Shown here in pieces: positions 59,380-64,000 of a DNA stretch of 64,000 bases. This DNA comes from Bythopirellula sp. (lineage in GTDB: Bacteria > Planctomycetota > Planctomycetia > Pirellulales > Lacipirellulaceae). The DNA lies in assembly GCA_965216565.1 (NCBI GenBank), contig OZ244170.1, positions 800,001 to 864,000 of the forward strand, written 5' to 3'. The notes under the pieces are model-generated. The model was not told the origin of the DNA, did not search any database, and saw only the letters and a list, made by a program, of their open reading frames with translations. Position 1 is the first letter of the stretch. Each line of letters begins with the position of its first letter. Made by a program: the position numbers and the translations under genes.

Positions 59380-60300
59380 CTAGTTCTTGAAATACTTAGG
59401 ATTGTTTTGATCGAAGTCCTCGTTGGTGAAGCCGTTGTTCACCTTGATATTCAAGTAGGTGTAGGCTTCTTCCAGCGGTGGTGCTTCACCCGCTTTTTCT
59501 GGCCACAGGTAGGCGGCGTAGCGGATGGGCAGCTTCAACTCGTTGTCGATGAACACTTCGGCCTTGTGAAAGCGGAAGTTTTGCCGGGGCACAGGATGTA
59601 CAACTTCGATCAACGTGACATCGCGGCCATTGATCTTGCTCGGAGAAGTTCGCACTTCGCATTCTCCGTACTGTGCGTCGTTGGTAGCGACATCGACCAA
59701 CTCGGCAGTCAGGTTGCGAACGCCCAACTTCATGATGGGATACTTCTGATCCTTCATGGCTAGGCGACCTTCGGGATCGAGTTCGAACTTACCAAAGCGT
59801 CGCTTGAACCCGCAGTCCATGGCGACCAACTTGCCATTGGTGCCGTCCATGGGATCGTTATACAGACATTCGCGGCCCTTGTTGGGCGACAAGAAAAACA
59901 TGTAAACCGCAAACGGCTTATGGCGTACTTTGATATAGGCAACTTCCTGCCCCTTCAGCGAACCGTCGATGCGTTCTTGCTTGTAGAGCATCGCGCTGTA
60001 GTCTTGGATATTCGAGTCGATGCTTCTCAGACCTTCCTGAGCAACACGCAAGGCGGGCATCAAGGGATGTTCGCCGGGGCGTTGGGCCAAGTCAAAAGGC
60101 GCTTGTGCCGCTGGGGGCGTGATGCGGGATGCCATTTGAGGAGCCTTCTCGACGGGTTCCTCATGAGCGACTCGATAGATGGGCTGTTGAAATTGGCTCT
60201 GCTGTTGCGCTCGCGCGGAGGAACAGGCAGCGGCAATGCACGTAGCTCCGACCAGCAACAACGTTGCGGGGACTCGACTGGTTGGGAGACTATAGGGCAT
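59380..60300 (-). CDS. DUF1571 domain exported protein
   Basis: Signal; DYSA..YKQERIDG, KVRHKPFAVYM.F, GRECLY, EEAYTYLNIK.N.G. Confidence 0.8.
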   Translation of the reverse strand: MPYSLPTSRVPATLLLVGATCIAAACSSARAQQQSQFQQPIYRVAHEEPVEKAPQMASRITPPAAQAPFDLAQRPGEHPLMPALRVAQEGLRSIDSNIQDYSAMLYKQERIDGSLKGQEVAYIKVRHKPFAVYMFFLSPNKGRECLYNDPMDGTNGKLVAMDCGFKRRFGKFELDPEGRLAMKDQKYPIMKLGVRNLTAELVDVATNDAQYGECEVRTSPSKINGRDVTLIEVVHPVPRQNFRFHKAEVFIDNELKLPIRYAAYLWPEKAGEAPPLEEAYTYLNIKVNNGFTNEDFDQNNPKYFKN

Positions 60301-60757
60301 GGAAAATTCTCCTGCGGACTGGCCTGAATTACGTATTGTTGTTGCGGGGCAAATGAGCCCCAATTCTTCTAACTAATGTGCTTAGTTCAATTTCACTGCG
60401 GCGAACTTGGCACCCTTGGGTCGACGTCTATCCTCAAACGTCTTGCGTCCGGCAGCAAGTTTGCTAGCTGCGGGATAGGACATGCCTCACAAATCTAGGT
60501 GTGCAAAATGCATTCCGTCTTAGCCAGGTAAGGCAATCGGGAGAGAAACCTGTTGCGGGGCAGTGTCCAGGCGTAGTTAGAGAGATCTAGGGGGATCGGA
60601 CTATTAGTAACTATCGCCTGTCGTGGGCGAAACAATTACAATCGTTCCTACAGGATGCTTGCACGACCCAACCCTTTTATCTTCCAACTAGTCGCAAGTC
60701 TGTTGGGGGCGGAATGCTACAAGTAACACTACCTAAGGGGAAGAGGAAATTACGCAG

Positions 60758-61429
60758 ATGGATCAAACTCGCCCAAATGTGCTATCAGTACTATCGTTGC
60801 CTTTCGAAGAAAACTCATACATTGCCCACCTTGAAGGGAGCAATCAAGCGATTGTTGTCGATCCCGGGCTGGAACCCGACAAGATCCTCGCCGAACTGGA
60901 CTCTAGAGATTTGGAACTCGCCGCGATTCTTTGTACCCACGGCCATTCCGATCACATCGCTGGCAATGCTGCCATGAAAGAAAGGCAGCCCGACTGCCCG
61001 CTGGTGATCGGTGCCGGGGATGCATACAAGCTGACGGATCCGGTGGCAAATCTGTCGGCCGGGTTTGGGGTCGATCTTATTAGCCCCGAGGCAGACAGGA
61101 CCGTCGAAGAGGGGGAAGTCCTCAATTATGCGGGCATCGAACTGGAAGTGCTCAACACACCGGGCCATTCCGCGGGGCATGTGGTTTTTGTGGCACGCGT
61201 TTGGCAGCCGATCCAAGTGTTTGGCGGCGACGTGCTTTTTTCAGGAAGCATCGGCCGCACGGACTTTCCCGATGGCAGTTTTGCCGACCTTAAGAAATCG
61301 ATTCACGAGAAACTGTTCCCCCTACCCGACGATACGATCGTGTTGCCCGGGCACGGACCGCCCACCACCGTGGGCGCGGAAAAAAGCAGCAATCCCTACG
61401 TGGGATTGAATGCGAATTTCAACGGGTAG
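60758..61429 (+). CDS. MBL-fold metallo-hydrolase (glyoxalase II/YcbL-like)
   Basis: THGHSDHIAG, TPGHSAG, GDVLF.GSIGRTD, PGHGP.TT. Confidence 0.92.
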   Translation: MDQTRPNVLSVLSLPFEENSYIAHLEGSNQAIVVDPGLEPDKILAELDSRDLELAAILCTHGHSDHIAGNAAMKERQPDCPLVIGAGDAYKLTDPVANLSAGFGVDLISPEADRTVEEGEVLNYAGIELEVLNTPGHSAGHVVFVARVWQPIQVFGGDVLFSGSIGRTDFPDGSFADLKKSIHEKLFPLPDDTIVLPGHGPPTTVGAEKSSNPYVGLNANFNG

Positions 61430-61496
61430 GGGAACGAAGCAGCATACTCTTGGCGCTCGTTAAGACCCAACCTGCCTCGGCGTGCTACGCTTCGGA

Positions 61497-61697
61497 ATTC
61501 CCCGAAGGGGATAGAAACCTTAGCCCAGGGTTGATCGCGTAGCGATCTACCCTGGGTACAAGGATATGATCAGATCTACCCTGAAGGGGTTGAACGATGT
61601 GTACAACCCTTTCAGGGTAGGAATGGTATCGAGTTTACCCAGGGTAGATCGTTTCACGATCAACCCTGGGCTAAGGAGTTCAACGCCTTCGGCGTAA
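61497..61697. repeat. ~200-bp nested palindrome (REPIN/MITE-like)
   Basis: About 60-nt outer arms (CCTTAGCCCAGGGTTGATCG..CGATCTACCCTGGGTA and its inverse), inner arms CTACCCTGAAGGGGTTG/CAACCCTTTCAGGGTAG. Confidence 0.85.
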
Positions 61698-61737
61698 CGT
61701 TAGATTGAACGTTGGTTTGGCGCGTTTAGCGTAGTAC

Positions 61738-61824
61738 GTAGGGTGTGCCATAGCAACGCGGCGGCACACCGAGGGGGATGATGTCAAAATCTCACTCTCG
61801 GTGGGCCTGACGGCACCACCCTAC
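61738..61824. repeat. Degenerate GTAG-type REP doublet
   Basis: GTAGGGTGTGCC... and ...GGCACCACCCTAC in inverted orientation. Confidence 0.55.
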
Positions 61825-61897
61825 TTCAGGTAATCTGACTTTGCCTCAGCTCCAACTTCCAAGGCAGCTTGCCGTGCCTCGGATGAACCAATGGCTG

Positions 61898-63703
61898 CTA
61901 ATTCTCTACTTCCACATTCGCATCTTCTGAAGGTGGCTCCACCACCGGCGAGTCTACCGAGGAGGGAGGCACTTCTGGTTCGTCACCAGGCGAGGCAGGG
62001 CTGCCGGGGAGTTCCAACGTGAAACAACTGCCCTGGCCGGGCTCGCTATCGACGGCGATGTGACCGCCATGTTCTTCCATGATTTTTTTGCTGACGGGTA
62101 GTCCCAGGCCCGTTCCCCGTCCGCCCTTGCGGGAGACAAAGATATTGAAAATCGCCTCTTTATCGTCCGGAGTAATTCCGGGACCGTTATCTGCAATAGA
62201 GAGCCGAGCAACCTGGTCCATGGAATCGTAGGTGGTCGAAATCGTTACCGTTCCTTCTTCCGTTTCGTCACAAGCATCAATCGCATTGGTCATAATGTTG
62301 AGCACAGCACGGTGGAGCGCTTCGGGGTCGAACATCATTTCCGGCATGTCGTCGGTTGGTTCGTAGACCAGGCTTACTTCCATCTCTTCGGCGCGAACTT
62401 GCATCAGTTCCACGACCTCTGCTGCGACATCATTGAGGTTGGCGCATTTCGGCTCTGGCTGGCGTTCCTTGCTGAAGGTCAGCATGTCGAGCACGAGCGA
62501 GGAGATTCGCTCTTGATTTCGTTCGACAATGCCCCAGCCTTTGCGGATCGTGTCGACGGCTTTTTCCGCCTTTTCCTCATCTGTTTCACCAGTATGGGTT
62601 GCTTTGTCGTGATCGCCCAGTCCCAGCTCAATCAGGTAGCTACCCCCACGAACACCTTGCAGAATGTTTTTGATGTGATGAGAAAGCGAAGCAATCGTCT
62701 GCCCTACCGCAGCGAGTCGTTCTGCTTGTACTAAAGCTTTGTAGTAGGAGGTGTCTTCCACAGCCAGGGCCGCTTGATGGGCGATGGCAATCATTAGCCG
62801 CAGATGTTCTTCCGTAAACTGGTCGGTTTTTCCTTTGTTCATTAACATGCGTTGCGGGGTGATTGCCGTATCGATGTAAATCACACCCACTACGTCGTAG
62901 CGACCCTGCATAGGTACACAGATTGCTTCGTTGACGCCGAGCTTTACGATGCTGGCGGTCGGTTCCCAGCGTTCGTCATCGCCGGCATTTGAGGTAAGTA
63001 CCCCTTCGTTGTGTTCGACGACGTAGTCGAGAATCGTCTTGCTAATCGAAATCTTTTCGTCGGTGCGGACCCCACGACGATGTCGGCGGACTTTGGGAAC
63101 AAGCTTTTCACTCTCGATGTCCTTGAGCATGATACAGCCACGGTCGGCATCGACCCATTCAAAGATCATGTCCATGATTCTGGCCAGCAATTGATCGATG
63201 TCCATCGTGTGGCTAATCGCCAGCGCCGTGCGGTACATGATCTGCAGATTGCTGCGGGCTCGCGCTAACCAGGGGTTGGACGAACTGTTGACATCTGCCA
63301 AAGCCCAATCGCTGTTGTCGCTGTGACTGAGCGAGGCAACGATCCGCGAACCATCCTTAGAATTGGATCGCTGTACGATATCGACCTGGTCGGCGATGTC
63401 TTCGTAGGCACTTTCTAAAAAGCCTGTGTAGAGCAACAACGATTTGCCAAATTGCAATTGGTCGCCGCTCACGAGTTCCTGCTCAGTCGCAGGGCGGCCA
63501 TTCACAAAAGTGCCATTACTACTGCCCAAGTCGCGCAGCAAGTACGTATCGCCGCGACGCACAAGCTCAGCGTGCTCTCGCGAGACCTCCGTATCGAGAA
63601 GACGCACCGAATTGTTTTGGGTGCGGCCAACCGAGTGCGAAGACTCTTCTAGCTGATATCGCGTACCTTGATCGCGACCTTGGATGACGAACAACGATGC
63701 CAA
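61898..63703 (-). CDS. FHA + GAF + histidine kinase
   Basis: FHA (GR...VSREHA..DLGSSNGTFVNG), GAF (ICVPM..GVIYID), H-box SHHIKN, NAIDA, DNGPG, GTGLGL; TTG start. Confidence 0.92.
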   Translation of the reverse strand: MASLFVIQGRDQGTRYQLEESSHSVGRTQNNSVRLLDTEVSREHAELVRRGDTYLLRDLGSSNGTFVNGRPATEQELVSGDQLQFGKSLLLYTGFLESAYEDIADQVDIVQRSNSKDGSRIVASLSHSDNSDWALADVNSSSNPWLARARSNLQIMYRTALAISHTMDIDQLLARIMDMIFEWVDADRGCIMLKDIESEKLVPKVRRHRRGVRTDEKISISKTILDYVVEHNEGVLTSNAGDDERWEPTASIVKLGVNEAICVPMQGRYDVVGVIYIDTAITPQRMLMNKGKTDQFTEEHLRLMIAIAHQAALAVEDTSYYKALVQAERLAAVGQTIASLSHHIKNILQGVRGGSYLIELGLGDHDKATHTGETDEEKAEKAVDTIRKGWGIVERNQERISSLVLDMLTFSKERQPEPKCANLNDVAAEVVELMQVRAEEMEVSLVYEPTDDMPEMMFDPEALHRAVLNIMTNAIDACDETEEGTVTISTTYDSMDQVARLSIADNGPGITPDDKEAIFNIFVSRKGGRGTGLGLPVSKKIMEEHGGHIAVDSEPGQGSCFTLELPGSPASPGDEPEVPPSSVDSPVVEPPSEDANVEVEN

Positions 63704-64000
63704 AGTAGAACAACCCCGTAGAAAAGTCGAAGGAACAACGATCCGCCTATCGTTGCCTTCCAGTGCGCTGTATTCGAACCCGGAGACCGAAGTCAGACTT
63801 CCAGCCGACGATCCAACAATTCACTAATTCTACGAATCAGGTCCACGTAATGGTAGGGTTTGGAGACGAAAAGTCCTGTCTCCAAAGGGGTTAGGTGCTT
63901 CTTTTTAGTGCCGAGTACAACGATTGGGATGGAACTACGGGTTGCGGCCTGCCCCAGATCCTCGACCTCGGCTGGACTCGGCGACCGATCGGATTCGGCA

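Noticed and set aside
60428..60478. GEMM-like words (GCAAAC...GACGCAAG within CTATCC/GGATAG) upstream of the DUF1571 gene
   Set aside because: No GNRA-capped P2, no P3 and no CCGA element; does not fit a c-di-GMP-I aptamer by eye.

Overview
Chromosomal window from a planctomycete. The inference to Pirellulales/Lacipirellulaceae rests on PEP-CTERM plus dockerin-like repeats, a DUF1559 prepilin-like protein, an 'RRLQIEALEDRRMLA' export motif and DUF1571. Housekeeping content: preA (partial), hydA, tRNA-Ala(GGC), an M29 aminopeptidase, acyl-CoA dehydrogenase, rsmH, queA, iscA/iscS, alpha-2-macroglobulin, a wcaJ-type transferase, tpx, fxsA and a PA0069-type radical SAM gene. There is also a PEP-CTERM/surface-protein-rich block (5-17 kb) and a split Tad/Flp pilus locus (23.6-42.5 kb). 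Notable signals: (1) a 61-nt tuf (EF-Tu) ribosome-binding site plus 17 codons sits inside the signal-peptide region of a PEP-CTERM gene; (2) a CxxC/RGPP arrest-peptide-like leader heads a pilin-like gene and two His-motif PEP-CTERM genes, a candidate metal-responsive surface system; (3) a frameshifted GxxExxY nuclease gene is bracketed by 29-bp periodic inverted repeats, and several 'empty' elements of similar architecture occur elsewhere; (4) a c-di-GMP-I riboswitch precedes a Flp pilin missed by the ORF track, followed by a hidden 36-aa membrane ORF; (5) a tpx-aquaporin-cytochrome c peroxidase cluster whose aquaporin has a TIP/AQP8-like filter. No CRISPR array, integrase, transposase or rRNA was seen. 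All calls are by eye, with no database searches.
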